From contig CAXXTH010000019.1 of NCBI GenBank assembly GCA_963668025.2, forward strand, positions 160,001 through 224,000: 64,000 bases of DNA, in the 5' to 3' direction. Shown one piece after another: positions 1 to 12,584 of this stretch. The position numbers were made by a program, and so were the translations under genes. A model generated the notes under the pieces. That model was not told where the DNA came from. It saw only the letters and a list, made by a program, of their open reading frames with translations, and did not search any database. Positions within the stretch are counted from its first letter, which is position 1; each line of letters begins with the position of its first letter. This DNA is from Candidatus Hydrogenedentota bacterium. Its GTDB lineage: Bacteria > Hydrogenedentota > Hydrogenedentia > Hydrogenedentales > SLHB01.

Positions 1-522
1 GAACAATGCGTGCTGCCCGTGGCGCGCGAGTGCGGCATTCCCTTCGCGATGATGATCGGCGTGGAGCGGCAGATTAATCCCGCCTTGCGCCTGGCGGGCG
101 ATTCCGTATGCAAGGCTGACATCCGCTCCGTGGAGCGCCTGTGCGCGCGCTATCCGGAAAATAAATTCATGGTGACCATGCTCGCACGCGAGAACCAGCA
201 TGAACTCTGTGTCGCCGCGCGCAAATTCCGCAATATGATGCCCTTCGGCTGCTGGTGGTTCCTCAACACGCCGGGCTTCATTGATGAGATCACCCGCATG
301 CGCCTGGAATTGCTGGGCTTAAGCATGACGCCGCAACATTCCGACTCCCGAGTCCTGGAACAAGTAATTTACAAGTGGGAGCATTCGAGGGCCATCATCG
401 GGCGTGTTCTAGCCGAGAAGTATGTCGATCTCGCCACCACGGGCTGGACCATCACGGAAGCGGAAATCCGCCGCGATGTGCAGCGCTTGCTGGGCGGGAA
501 TTTCTGGGAGTTCGTGAAATAG
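1..522 (+). CDS. Glucuronate/uronate isomerase, amidohydrolase superfamily (5'-truncated by window edge)
   Basis: Motifs FGCWWFLN, RLELLG and PQHSDSRVLEQVIYKW typical of BH0493-type uronate isomerases; the frame is open to the window start. Confidence 0.8.
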   Translation, partial: EQCVLPVARECGIPFAMMIGVERQINPALRLAGDSVCKADIRSVERLCARYPENKFMVTMLARENQHELCVAARKFRNMMPFGCWWFLNTPGFIDEITRMRLELLGLSMTPQHSDSRVLEQVIYKWEHSRAIIGRVLAEKYVDLATTGWTITEAEIRRDVQRLLGGNFWEFVK

Positions 523-571
523 CCGCCAGTTGTGAAGCCCTTGGAATGCTCGAGCATTTGGGAAACAAGCC

Positions 572-979
572 ATGTTCGCATACGCCACTACGATCAAAAT
601 GCGGGATGTGGACGCCGCGGGCGTCTTGTTTTATGGCCGCTACTTCGGCTTGGCCCACGACGCCTACGAGGCGTTCATGGAATCATGCGGATATAGCTCC
701 GCGCGCATCATGAACGATGAGCCGTTTATCATCCCCGTGGTCCATGCCGAAGCCGATTATCATATCCCCCTAAGGCTGGGCGATGCCGCCACAATCCAAG
801 TGCATGCCGATGAAGTAAAGCGCCGCGCATACCGGATTATCTGTGAAATGCGGACGCCTGAAGGAAAAATCGCCTGCATGGTCCGCACGACGCATATGAC
901 GGTCGATAAAGCCAAGAAAAAATCCATCCCGCTCCCGGAATCCCTCCGTGAGGCGCTACAAAAGCATGTAAGCGTATAG
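572..979 (+). CDS. Acyl-CoA thioesterase (4HBT hotdog fold)
   Basis: N-terminal RDVDAAGVLFYGRY motif, 135 aa. Confidence 0.85.
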   Translation: MFAYATTIKMRDVDAAGVLFYGRYFGLAHDAYEAFMESCGYSSARIMNDEPFIIPVVHAEADYHIPLRLGDAATIQVHADEVKRRAYRIICEMRTPEGKIACMVRTTHMTVDKAKKKSIPLPESLREALQKHVSV

Positions 980-1203
980 ATGCAAATAAGCACGCCCCAT
1001 CTCCCGCGCGGCCACGGTTAAATGAATTTGGCGGCCTCCATGGGAATCCTATAAAATGGGGGATTGTTTTTTCAGTGCTTTCTGGCATATGCTTACGCCA
1101 TTAGTTGTGTTTCACGCGCGTTTCATACACGCTTAGGAGTGCATAGTTCCAGCGCCTCCAAGGCGAAGAGCGCTACCATCATTACTCAGCTAATCGGAGG
1201 ATT

Positions 1204-1749
1204 ATGTACGAATCTATTTATTTTACAGAGCTAAAGGAATCTGAGATAGGCGAATCATTGTTCGTAAACTTCAATCGATATCAAGATGTGAAGAAATGTT
1301 GGCGCAAGGAAAATGGGAAATGGATATTAAAAGAGGTTGTTTTTACAGAACAATGGGGTTCTGATGAGTATAAAAAGCTGATTGAATGCTTGAAAAATAC
1401 AGTAAAAACGGGCGGCGCCCTATTTGCCGCCTTTTGTGGTGACATACTCGTTGGATTTGCTTCCATTGAAAGTGCGTTTTTTGGCTCACAAAAGGAGTAT
1501 TTGGAACTATCAAGCATTCATACATCTTACGAATATCGTGGGACGGGAATAGGGAAAAAACTATTTTCTCTTGTCTGCGAAAAAGCAAAAGAGATGGGAG
1601 CTAAAAAGCTGTATATATCTGCGCATTCATCTCAGGAGACACAGGCCTTTTATGAGACAATGGGCTGTGTGGAAGCTCTCGAATATAATGATGGATTGGT
1701 TGCGAAAGAACCATGCGACTGTCAATTGGAATATAGATTGCCAATATAA
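1204..1749 (+). CDS. GNAT family N-acetyltransferase (AT-rich)
   Basis: Acetyl-CoA motif [11 protein letters not shown] and AFYETMGC; SD GGAGG upstream. Confidence 0.88.
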   Translation: MYESIYFTELKESEIGESLFVNFNRYQDVKKCWRKENGKWILKEVVFTEQWGSDEYKKLIECLKNTVKTGGALFAAFCGDILVGFASIESAFFGSQKEYLELSSIHTSYEYRGTGIGKKLFSLVCEKAKEMGAKKLYISAHSSQETQAFYETMGCVEALEYNDGLVAKEPCDCQLEYRLPI

Positions 1750-1774
1750 CCATAATTTCAGGTACGGACCCTTG

Positions 1775-4681
<2,907 letters not shown>

Positions 4682-4703
4682 AATATGTAGTAGTTGTTTT
4701 TTA

Positions 4704-4793
4704 TTTACCACAAAGACACTAAGGCACAAAGGTATTACTACGCACAACCATTTGCTTGAAACCTCCTTGTGTCTTTGTGCCTTTGTGGTGAAA
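4704..4793. repeat. Palindromic intergenic repeat with ~9-nt periodic arms
   Basis: ACCACAAAGACACTAAGGCACAAAG ... CTTGTGTCTTTGTGCCTTTGTGGT. Confidence 0.7.
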
Positions 4794-4832
4794 AAACATA
4801 AAGGGTATAGCCACATGAATCACGAGTATGTG

Positions 4833-6202
4833 GGGTGTTCCCGCAGAATGCTAAAGAAATCCTCGTGTCGGGTCGATAAGTATGCCGGACCCTTAACGGA
4901 GGAAGACCGATGGCAGCGATGGTGACAAGGCGCGACGGCGACACGTTCGAGGTGAGTTTCTCGCTGAGGCTGCGTGGTTCGATGCTCGATATGGAGGAGG
5001 CGGTCCAGGAGGCCCTGAACGGGGTGGGGCGCGCAGTCATGGCCGAGGCCCTGGCCCGTTTCGACACAGACGGCTCGCCCATCCGCGTCGGCGCCACCAC
5101 CTTCAAAACCAAGGGGCGCTTCGGCCAGACCTACGAGACGCCCCACGGCCCGGTCCGCGTCGAGCGGCACGTCTACCAGAACACCGCCACGGGCGGGCGC
5201 ACCTTCTGCCCGCTGGAGCGGGACGCGCGAATGGTCATGAACGCCACGCCGCGCTACGCCCGGATCGTCAGCGGAAAATACTCCCGCATGGGCGCCGATG
5301 TCATGCGCCGCGACCTGCTCGAGTCGACAGGCCGCGCAATCTCGCGCGACTATGTGAAGAAGATCGGCGATTTTGTGGGCGCCCTGGCGCAGGCCAGGGA
5401 GGAGACGTGGGAGTACGAGCTGCCGGAATTGGACAGGCCGGTCGCGTCGGTGGCCGTGGGCCTGGACGGCACCTGCATGCTGCTCAGGGAGGACGGCTGG
5501 CGTCAGGCGATGTGCGGGTCCATCAGCCTGTACGACAAGGACGGGGAGCGGCTGCACACGATCTACGCGGGCGCATCGCCCGAGTACGGCAAGCAGACTT
5601 TCCTCGAGCGCTTCGGCCGCGAGGTGGAGCGCGTGAGGGCGAGGCACCCGGCGGCGCTGTATATCGGCCTGGCCGACGGCGCGCCGGACAACTGGAAGTT
5701 TTTGACGCCGCGCACGGACCGGCAGATGCTGGATTTCTATCACGCGCGGGAATACGTGGGGAAGGCGGCGGAGGCGATTCACGGTCATGGCGCGCGCCGC
5801 CGGGAGTGGGAGGCGGACTGGAGTCACCGGCTGAAGCACACGAGGGGCGCAGCCGGACGCTTGCTGGAGGAGATGAAGGCGAGCTTGCCAAGCGTGCGCG
5901 CCCAGGCTTGCCGCGAGGAACTCGGCAAGGCGATCACCTACTTCGGCAATCACCGCTCGAAGATGCAATACTGGCGGCACACGGCGGAGCGCCTTCCCAT
6001 CGGCAGCGGAGTGACGGAGGCGGCGTGCAAGACGCTGATCAAGCAACGCCTGGCATGCTCCGGGATGCGGTGGAAGGAAGCGGGCGCGAGCGCGGTGATC
6101 GCGCTCAGGTCGCTGGAGATGACCGAGGGCCGTTGGGACCAGTTCTGGCAACACGTGGCCCGCCACGGGGTCAATTGAGGTTATCATATTGAGGGAGCAC
6201 CC
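4833..6202 (+). mobile_element. ISKra4-family insertion sequence
   Basis: Imperfect TIRs GGGTGTTCCCGCAGAATGCTAA / rc GGGTGCTCCCTCAATATGATAA; 8-bp TSD AGTATGTG at 4825-4832 and 6203-6210. Confidence 0.9.
4910..6178 (+). CDS. ISKra4-family transposase
   Basis: Motifs LDGT, LADGA, LDFYHA and PIGSGVTEAACK...SGMRW. Confidence 0.92.
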   Translation: MAAMVTRRDGDTFEVSFSLRLRGSMLDMEEAVQEALNGVGRAVMAEALARFDTDGSPIRVGATTFKTKGRFGQTYETPHGPVRVERHVYQNTATGGRTFCPLERDARMVMNATPRYARIVSGKYSRMGADVMRRDLLESTGRAISRDYVKKIGDFVGALAQAREETWEYELPELDRPVASVAVGLDGTCMLLREDGWRQAMCGSISLYDKDGERLHTIYAGASPEYGKQTFLERFGREVERVRARHPAALYIGLADGAPDNWKFLTPRTDRQMLDFYHAREYVGKAAEAIHGHGARRREWEADWSHRLKHTRGAAGRLLEEMKASLPSVRAQACREELGKAITYFGNHRSKMQYWRHTAERLPIGSGVTEAACKTLIKQRLACSGMRWKEAGASAVIALRSLEMTEGRWDQFWQHVARHGVN

Positions 6203-6207
6203 AGTAT

Positions 6208-6996
6208 GTGCATGGTTACACGCCGCGCGAGAGCGAGCGGCTGGTGGATCAGGCGATGACTCTGGCGGAATTGTTGCACGCGGATACGGCGTATCCGACG
6301 GGCGCGCTGGTGCTCGAGGCGGGATGCGGAGTGGGGGCGCAAACCGGTACGCTGGCGCAAAACAGTCCCGAGGCGAGATTTGTCTGTGTGGATATCTCCG
6401 AGGATTCGCTGGCTCGCGCGCAGGCGGAGGCGGCCCGGCTGGGCTTGGCGAATGTGTCGTTCCAGCAGGCGGATCTTTTTCAGTTGCCGTTTCCGGACAG
6501 CCATTTCGACCATGTGTTCGTATGTTTCGTGCTCGAACACCTGGCCGCGCCCGAGGCGGCGCTTCGGGAGCTGAAGCGGGTGTTGAAACCCGGCGGCTCG
6601 ATCACCGCCATCGAGGGCGACCATGGCTCGACGTATTTTCACCCCGACAACGCCCGCGCACGGGAAGCCGTGGCATGCCTGGTGGAGATTCAGCAACAGG
6701 CAGGAGGCGACGCGAACATCGGGCGGCGCTTGTATCCCCTGCTGTCGGCGGCGGGATTCCTCGACGTGCGGGTGTCGCCCCGGATGGTCTATGTGGACGG
6801 CAGCCGCCCGGCGCTTATCGACGGCTTCACGAAGAAGACCTTCACGGCCATGGTGGAAGGCGTGGGCGGGCAAGCCGTGGCGCTGGGGCTTATGGACGAG
6901 GCGGCGTGGTCGGAAGGCATCCGCGCCCTATACCGCACGGCGGAGCCGGACGGCGTGTTCTGTTATACGTTCTTCAAAGGCGTGGCCCACCGGTAA
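6208..6996 (+). CDS. Class I SAM-dependent methyltransferase; native 5' end (ATG 4815) cut off by ISKra4
   Basis: VLEAGCGVG and LKRVLKPGG motifs; removing the IS and one TSD copy restores MNHEYVHGYT... Confidence 0.85.
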   Translation: MHGYTPRESERLVDQAMTLAELLHADTAYPTGALVLEAGCGVGAQTGTLAQNSPEARFVCVDISEDSLARAQAEAARLGLANVSFQQADLFQLPFPDSHFDHVFVCFVLEHLAAPEAALRELKRVLKPGGSITAIEGDHGSTYFHPDNARAREAVACLVEIQQQAGGDANIGRRLYPLLSAAGFLDVRVSPRMVYVDGSRPALIDGFTKKTFTAMVEGVGGQAVALGLMDEAAWSEGIRALYRTAEPDGVFCYTFFKGVAHR

Positions 6997-7017
6997 CATG
7001 TATATTAGGAGATATCT

Positions 7018-7287
7018 ATGGGCCTGGTTGTCCGGTTGATCATTTTTGTCGCCATATGCTGCGCCGCCGCCTATTTCGCCCCGGACGGTGGTAACGCTGG
7101 ACACGTGTTTAGCCTGCTTGTCGCTATGGGTGCGGCATTGGTTATCGCGTCGCCGGAAGGGGGCCAGTACCTTCATTGGGACGGTACAAGCGAGAACGTT
7201 CCCGGATGCGCGTTGGTGGGGCTGGGCATCTTCTTGTGGATCATCGCGTTAGTCGTGTATATCGTTGCGCTTCATGAGGCCGCGTGA
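7018..7287 (+). CDS. Small hypothetical membrane protein
   Basis: SD AGGAG upstream; three hydrophobic segments. Confidence 0.55.
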   Translation: MGLVVRLIIFVAICCAAAYFAPDGGNAGHVFSLLVAMGAALVIASPEGGQYLHWDGTSENVPGCALVGLGIFLWIIALVVYIVALHEAA

Positions 7288-7342
7288 ATATACAGAGAAC
7301 GATTCAAGATTTAATGCAATAAGATAATTAGGTTTGCCTTTC

Positions 7343-7394
7343 CCGTGGCATGGCCGTCCCGGCCATGCGCATGGGCGAGACGCCCATGCCACGG
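7343..7394. repeat. REP-like doublet (GTGGCATGG family)
   Basis: Two inverted hairpins; related copies at 20717-20740 and 60571-60621. Confidence 0.75.
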
Positions 7395-7720
7395 AAGTAA
7401 AAACATCGATAAACATTTATTTGTGTGTATGAGTGTTCATTCGTGGTCCAACATCCAGATCTTTTGTTGCGGCCATGACGCGCTGTGTCCTCGATGTTCA
7501 CAGCCAAACGGATATTCCCGACTTTTCCACATTCCAGCGGTGAGGCCACAATAACTCATCTTCTAAAAGAATGCTTTTGACAACTGAACTAGAAAACTTT
7601 ATAACTAGAGGTAATGAAAATATAATTCGTATGCTCAAAAAAGGGAGTCCCGTTACACCGTACAACCGTATCTTGAAAATTCTTCGATAAAGCTATAGAC
7701 ACGAAAGGAGGATATATTCC

Positions 7721-8827
7721 ATGTGTACACGAGTTCATCTCAGGATATCTTTCTGTGTGTTGTCTGTTTCCATGTTTGCGGTGGCAGCACATTCATTTGC
7801 CGCGAGCAATCAGCTAGATCGAGAGACGGTGTCCACGAGCCAGATGAGTACTGGTGACAGCTTCGAAAAAACGCAAACATTGAACAATGAGGAGGATCTC
7901 AAGCGACTCGGAACCACTGAGTTTGAGAGGGAATTCCTGGATTCGATGGTGAACCACATCGGTGAAGGGCTTATTCCAGTGTGCCTGCCGATGTGCGAGA
8001 GAATATTCCAAGATGTCGCAACACTCAATAAGGAATCACTGCCAATCAGCCTCTCTATGTTGTCAGAAGTGGAAATGTTCTATTGGCCGGGCGGTCAACC
8101 AGAAGACATGGCGGGTGTGATTCTGCCTTTTGGGAAAGAGATTGGGCAATGGGAGATTGAGGCCATTTGCAGCAATCGTAGGTTTTTGAAGGTGTGCCTG
8201 GAACTCGCCAGTTTGCCTAGAGATGAGGCGTCGAAACTAGTTGAGAATGAGATTGGCACGATTTTTCCAATATATCAAGATTTGTTCACTGAGACATGGG
8301 CGCAGGTTCAGAATACAAGAGCGAATTACCCTGTTGACAACCAGCAAACATACACTGTGGGGCCGTCATTACAAATTGGCAATAACCCCGATCATACGCC
8401 CACACTAGCGGGGGCAAGGCTAAAACTGTTCAGCCTACTTATGATTGCAGGCGATCTGCATCTTGCGGAGACAAGCGGCGCGTACAAGAAAGTGCTTGAC
8501 GAAGCCATTCGCCAACGCACTTACTTTTATGGCGATAATGGTTTGGAGGGAGATCGTTTTATGACGTTGAAAACGATCTGGCTGTATAACCGCCAGATAC
8601 TTGCCACCGCATTTCTTGGAATGCGAAATTCGCCGCTATGGGATGAAGAGCAACGCTGGACGGGTCATGAATTGACCACTTATGATGCCGTGTTTACTCC
8701 ATACGACTTACTAACGCGGCATCAGGGACCTCTCCCAGCGGATTTTACTAAAGGAAAGCAAATAATCAAGTTTCATGCGCCGCTGGATGATTCGGAGTTT
8801 GATTCCATCCTATCGAGTATGCGCTGA
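7721..8827 (+). CDS. Hypothetical secreted protein (AT-richer than flanks)
   Basis: SD AAGGAGG; N-terminal signal-peptide-like segment ending SFA; 368 aa. Confidence 0.75.
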   Translation: MCTRVHLRISFCVLSVSMFAVAAHSFAASNQLDRETVSTSQMSTGDSFEKTQTLNNEEDLKRLGTTEFEREFLDSMVNHIGEGLIPVCLPMCERIFQDVATLNKESLPISLSMLSEVEMFYWPGGQPEDMAGVILPFGKEIGQWEIEAICSNRRFLKVCLELASLPRDEASKLVENEIGTIFPIYQDLFTETWAQVQNTRANYPVDNQQTYTVGPSLQIGNNPDHTPTLAGARLKLFSLLMIAGDLHLAETSGAYKKVLDEAIRQRTYFYGDNGLEGDRFMTLKTIWLYNRQILATAFLGMRNSPLWDEEQRWTGHELTTYDAVFTPYDLLTRHQGPLPADFTKGKQIIKFHAPLDDSEFDSILSSMR

Positions 8828-8884
8828 AGCGTGCCCGTTCAAACAGATTCCAACGCCGACCCACCGGTAATGCCTTAGATGAAA

Positions 8885-8955
8885 TCTCTGTGTCCTCTGT
8901 GTCTCTGTGGTGAATGGTCCGGAATATCACCACAGAGACACAGAGGGCACAGAGA
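8885..8955. repeat. Palindromic repeat with 9-nt periodic arms
   Basis: TCTCTGTGTCCTCTGTGTCTCTGTGGTGA ... TCACCACAGAGACACAGAGGGCACAGAGA. Confidence 0.75.
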
Positions 8956-8982
8956 GTATTTGTTCAGTGCCAAAAAACGGGC

Positions 8983-9858
8983 TTATTTCGATTCGTTGCC
9001 CTTCAGCTTGGTCTTTAGCGTCGTAACCAGCATCTTGGGGTCGATGGGTTTTTGGAAAATACCCGCGAGGCCGAGGTCGCGCGCGTCGATGTTGTAGCGC
9101 ACTGTGTCGCCAGCGGAACTCAGGAGATAGATGGGGCCTGGGTATCCCGACTCTTTGAGTTTTTTAGCCGCTACCGCCCCAGCGTCGACCGTCTCCATCA
9201 TGAGGTCGATGACGACGGCGTCGGGATTGATGCGTGCGGCGATTTTAAGCCCTTCCTCGCCCGACGAGGCTTCGCCCACGGCAAACCCTTCCGCCTCGAG
9301 AACCATGCGCAAGGCGGCGCGGATATCCGGATCGTCATCGATAGTCAGTATGGTTTTCTTTATCGTGTTACTGCTTTCCATATTGCTTTCCCTCCACGTC
9401 CGAATGTTGTGCAGGACGAAGGCCAGCGCCTGTTCCAGATTATCCCTGGCCTGTGGCGACAATCCCTCTTTAAACTCGAACTCATAGCCGCGTATGCCGA
9501 GCACCCACGCCTTTGGCCGCGCCTGGAAGTGTTCTTCGCAGATGGCGAGAACCGAACCAGGCGACACGGAGTGGCTCGTGAAGGCTACTTCCGCCGCAGG
9601 CTCCAGCCGCTCGAAGATGAAGGATTCGGGGGCGTTCTTGCTTGCATCCGCGAACACGATTATATCATGAGATGCAAGCGTGGCGGCGTCTTCAATATTC
9701 AACTGATAATCCGCGTCCGTTTCCACCCCATCGAGCGCCAATTCTTCGATGCGGCGCGCCAATTCAGGCCCCAGCCCATCATCCCGCCGTCCGGGATTGC
9801 CATATCCCAGCACGAAAATTCGGGGGCGGGCGGCGCGTTTAGCCCCGGTATTGCTCAT
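8983..9858 (-). CDS. hoxW: Hydrogenase maturation protease fused in frame to a C-terminal response-regulator receiver domain
   Basis: VLGYGNPGRRDDGLG, FADA and SH motifs, then ILTIDDD...VIDLMM...LSS...QKP with no intervening stop; internal SD plus ATG at 9381. Confidence 0.85.
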   Translation of the reverse strand: MSNTGAKRAARPRIFVLGYGNPGRRDDGLGPELARRIEELALDGVETDADYQLNIEDAATLASHDIIVFADASKNAPESFIFERLEPAAEVAFTSHSVSPGSVLAICEEHFQARPKAWVLGIRGYEFEFKEGLSPQARDNLEQALAFVLHNIRTWRESNMESSNTIKKTILTIDDDPDIRAALRMVLEAEGFAVGEASSGEEGLKIAARINPDAVVIDLMMETVDAGAVAAKKLKESGYPGPIYLLSSAGDTVRYNIDARDLGLAGIFQKPIDPKMLVTTLKTKLKGNESK

Positions 9859-11293
9859 CAAGCACTTCGCCATCGGGCCCGACCAACTGCACGTGCAGGC
9901 GCATCTGCCCCAAGGCATGGGTGGCGCAGCTCAGGCACGGATCATACGCCCGGATGCCCACCTCGATGTGGTTGAGCAAGCCTTCCGTAATCTCCTTGCC
10001 ATCGAGATACTGGCTTGCGATCACCCGCACGGCCTTGTTCATGGCCTCGTTGTTGTTGGTGGTGGACACGATCAGGTTGGCCTGGGTGATCTGGTCCGTC
10101 TCGGGATTCACCTGGTAGTGGTGGAAGAGCGTGCCGCGCGGGGCTTCGATCCACGCCACGCCGCGTTCCTGCCGCTTGCCCGTGCGCACGAGTTCCGCGC
10201 CTTGCAGATCGGGGTCGTTGAGCAGCTCCTTGATCTTCTCGATGGAATGCACCAGTTCGATGAGGCGCGCCCAATGGTACGCCATGGTCGAGTTGATCGG
10301 CTTGCCGCCGCCGAGGGCCATAAAATCCTGGCGGGCCTTCTCGGCCAGGGGCGTATCGATATAATCACAGGCGTTGACCCGCGCCAGCGGCCCCACGCGA
10401 TACCACCCGGTTTCCTTGCCCAGCGACTTGATGTGCGGGAACTTCATGTAGCTCCAGGGGCGCACTTCCTCGGTGAGGTAGTCGAGGTAATCGGCGGGTG
10501 CGACCTGGTCGAAGATTTTTTTACCGTCCGCATCGATGGCGCGCAGATTGCCGTCGTACAAATCCATGCAGCCGTCCTTGCCCACGATGCTCACGTGGTT
10601 CGAGGGAAAGCTGCCGAATTCGAGCAGGCTTTGCCCGCCGGCCTTGGTGGTGTTGATGCACAGTTCGAGGCCGCCCATGGCCCATTCGGTCATCGTATCC
10701 ACGTCCTTGAGCAGGGCGTCGCGCTCTTCGATGCTCAGGTTTTTGTTCACGCCGCCGGGAATCGAGCCCGTGCCGTGGACTTTCTTGCCCGCCGTGGCCT
10801 TGATCACTTCCTGCCCATATTTGCGCATGAGCACGGCCTGCTTGGCCACCTCGGGAAACGCCTCGATGACGGCAATGACGTTGCGTTTCGCCACGGGCGC
10901 GTCGAATCCAAACAGCAGGTCTGGCGAAGCGAGGTGGTAGAAATGCAGCGCGTGGGACTGGAACGTCTGGCCGTAATGCATGAGGCGGCGCATTTTCTCC
11001 GCCGTGGGCGAGATGGCCCGCTCGACGCCCACGATCACGTCCATGGCCTTGGACGCGGCGAGATGGTGGCTCACCGGGCAGATGCCGCATAGGCGCTGGA
11101 CAATGACCGGGGCCTCCCAATAGAAACGTCCCTGAACGAAGCGCTCGAAGCCGCGAAACTCGATGATATGGAACCGGGCCTGTTCGATAACGCCTTTTTC
11201 ATCCACATGGAGCGTGACCTTGCCATGGCCTTCCACTCGGGTCACGGGATTGATGACGATCTTGCGTTTGCCAGTGTTTTCAGCCGTAGCCAT
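9839..11293 (-). CDS. hoxH: NAD-reducing [NiFe]-hydrogenase large subunit (group 3d)
   Basis: PVTRVEGHG, L1 RLCGICPVSH, L2 DPCLSCATH plus C-terminal extension. Confidence 0.95.
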   Translation of the reverse strand: MATAENTGKRKIVINPVTRVEGHGKVTLHVDEKGVIEQARFHIIEFRGFERFVQGRFYWEAPVIVQRLCGICPVSHHLAASKAMDVIVGVERAISPTAEKMRRLMHYGQTFQSHALHFYHLASPDLLFGFDAPVAKRNVIAVIEAFPEVAKQAVLMRKYGQEVIKATAGKKVHGTGSIPGGVNKNLSIEERDALLKDVDTMTEWAMGGLELCINTTKAGGQSLLEFGSFPSNHVSIVGKDGCMDLYDGNLRAIDADGKKIFDQVAPADYLDYLTEEVRPWSYMKFPHIKSLGKETGWYRVGPLARVNACDYIDTPLAEKARQDFMALGGGKPINSTMAYHWARLIELVHSIEKIKELLNDPDLQGAELVRTGKRQERGVAWIEAPRGTLFHHYQVNPETDQITQANLIVSTTNNNEAMNKAVRVIASQYLDGKEITEGLLNHIEVGIRAYDPCLSCATHALGQMRLHVQLVGPDGEVLDEQYRG

Positions 11294-11312
11294 ATGTTCG
11301 CCTCCGATGCAA

Positions 11313-11855
11313 TCAGTCGTATTTGACCAGTTCGTACGGCAGGTTCAAGGGTTCCCCGTTCAGGAGCGCCGTTATCGCCGCCCACAGCGTATCGCCGGAA
11401 GGCGGGCACCCAGGGATAAAGTAGTCGATCTTCACCACCTCGTGGCACGGATACACCTTGTCCAGGAGGATGGGAATATCCGGGTCGTTCGGAATCATGC
11501 CGCCATTATAAATGGTCGGGCCATTCAGATACGCCTCTTCGAGGCATTCCTTCAATGGCGTCGTGTTGCGCATGGCGGGCACGCCGCCCGTAATGGCGCA
11601 CGCGCCCATGGCGATGAGAATGGTGCAGTTCTCGCGGAACATGCGCAAAAACTCGACGTTCTCGTCATTGCTCACGCCGCCTTCGATGATGCCGATGTCC
11701 ACCGGGCGCGAAAAACGCTTGATGTCGTTGATGGGCGATTTATCGAACTCGACAAGCTGCACCAAGTCAAGGATGCGCTCGTCGATATCGAGCAGCGACA
11801 TATGGCAGCCAAAACAGCCGGTGAAATGGCCGGTTGCAATAATGGGTTTTGCCAT
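11313..11855 (-). CDS. hoxY: [NiFe]-hydrogenase small subunit
   Basis: GCFGCHMS, GACA and PGCPP motifs; short 180-aa form. Confidence 0.93.
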   Translation of the reverse strand: MAKPIIATGHFTGCFGCHMSLLDIDERILDLVQLVEFDKSPINDIKRFSRPVDIGIIEGGVSNDENVEFLRMFRENCTILIAMGACAITGGVPAMRNTTPLKECLEEAYLNGPTIYNGGMIPNDPDIPILLDKVYPCHEVVKIDYFIPGCPPSGDTLWAAITALLNGEPLNLPYELVKYD

Positions 11856-11873
11856 GACGGTTTCCTTTCCTTA

Positions 11874-12584
11874 TTACACTTGTTTGTGTTCGATTTCAGA
11901 GCCGATGGGAGCAAAATCGTATTTGCGCTTGCCCACGGGAACGCGGAAGCCTTCCCGTTTCACCACGATAGCGCCCGTCGGGCAAAGCGCGGCGGCGCGG
12001 TCGGTCTGGGCGAGCGCCGTATCGCCAAGGCCGTCGCTGCTGTCCACGGCCACGCGCTTATCCACGCCGCGCCCCTCGAATCCAAATACGTTTTTACCGT
12101 CGCAAAGCGCGGAGGCCCGCACGCAGCGCCCGCAGAGAATGCAGCGGTCGCGATCTAGATACACGTCCTTATGCGTCGCATCCAGTTCGCGCTTGCGGCG
12201 CAGGTAGGGTAGTGTCATGGCCATGAGGCCCAGGCGGTAGGCCATGGCTTGAAGCTCACAATTGCCGCTCGTTTCACACGCGGGGCAATAATGGTTGCCC
12301 TCGACAAACATCATTTCGACAAGGGCCCGCCGGTGCGCGTTGAGCTCTTCCGTATTGGTTTCGATGACGAGGCCATCGGCGACAGGGAAGGTGCAGGCGC
12401 TCTGCGGGCGGCCATTGATGCGCACCGTGCATAAGCGGCAATGGCCCACGCTGGGAAGGTCCGGATGGTAGCAAAGCCTCGGGATGTAGATGCCCGCCGC
12501 GTCCGCCGCCTCCATGACCGTTTGGCCCATTTTGGCTTGGACTTCAGCGCCATCCATGATTAATGTGACGGTTGCTTCGCTCAT
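11874..12584 (-). CDS. hoxU: Diaphorase Fe-S subunit
   Basis: IPRLC...CRLC, HYCPACETSGNCELQ, CILCGRCVRA and CPTG motifs. Confidence 0.93.
   Translation of the reverse strand: MSEATVTLIMDGAEVQAKMGQTVMEAADAAGIYIPRLCYHPDLPSVGHCRLCTVRINGRPQSACTFPVADGLVIETNTEELNAHRRALVEMMFVEGNHYCPACETSGNCELQAMAYRLGLMAMTLPYLRRKRELDATHKDVYLDRDRCILCGRCVRASALCDGKNVFGFEGRGVDKRVAVDSSDGLGDTALAQTDRAAALCPTGAIVVKREGFRVPVGKRKYDFAPIGSEIEHKQV

Noticed and set aside
1571-1774. N-terminal extension of UvrA from the ORF track
   Set aside because: It overlaps the GNAT gene in another frame; ATG 1775 is more plausible
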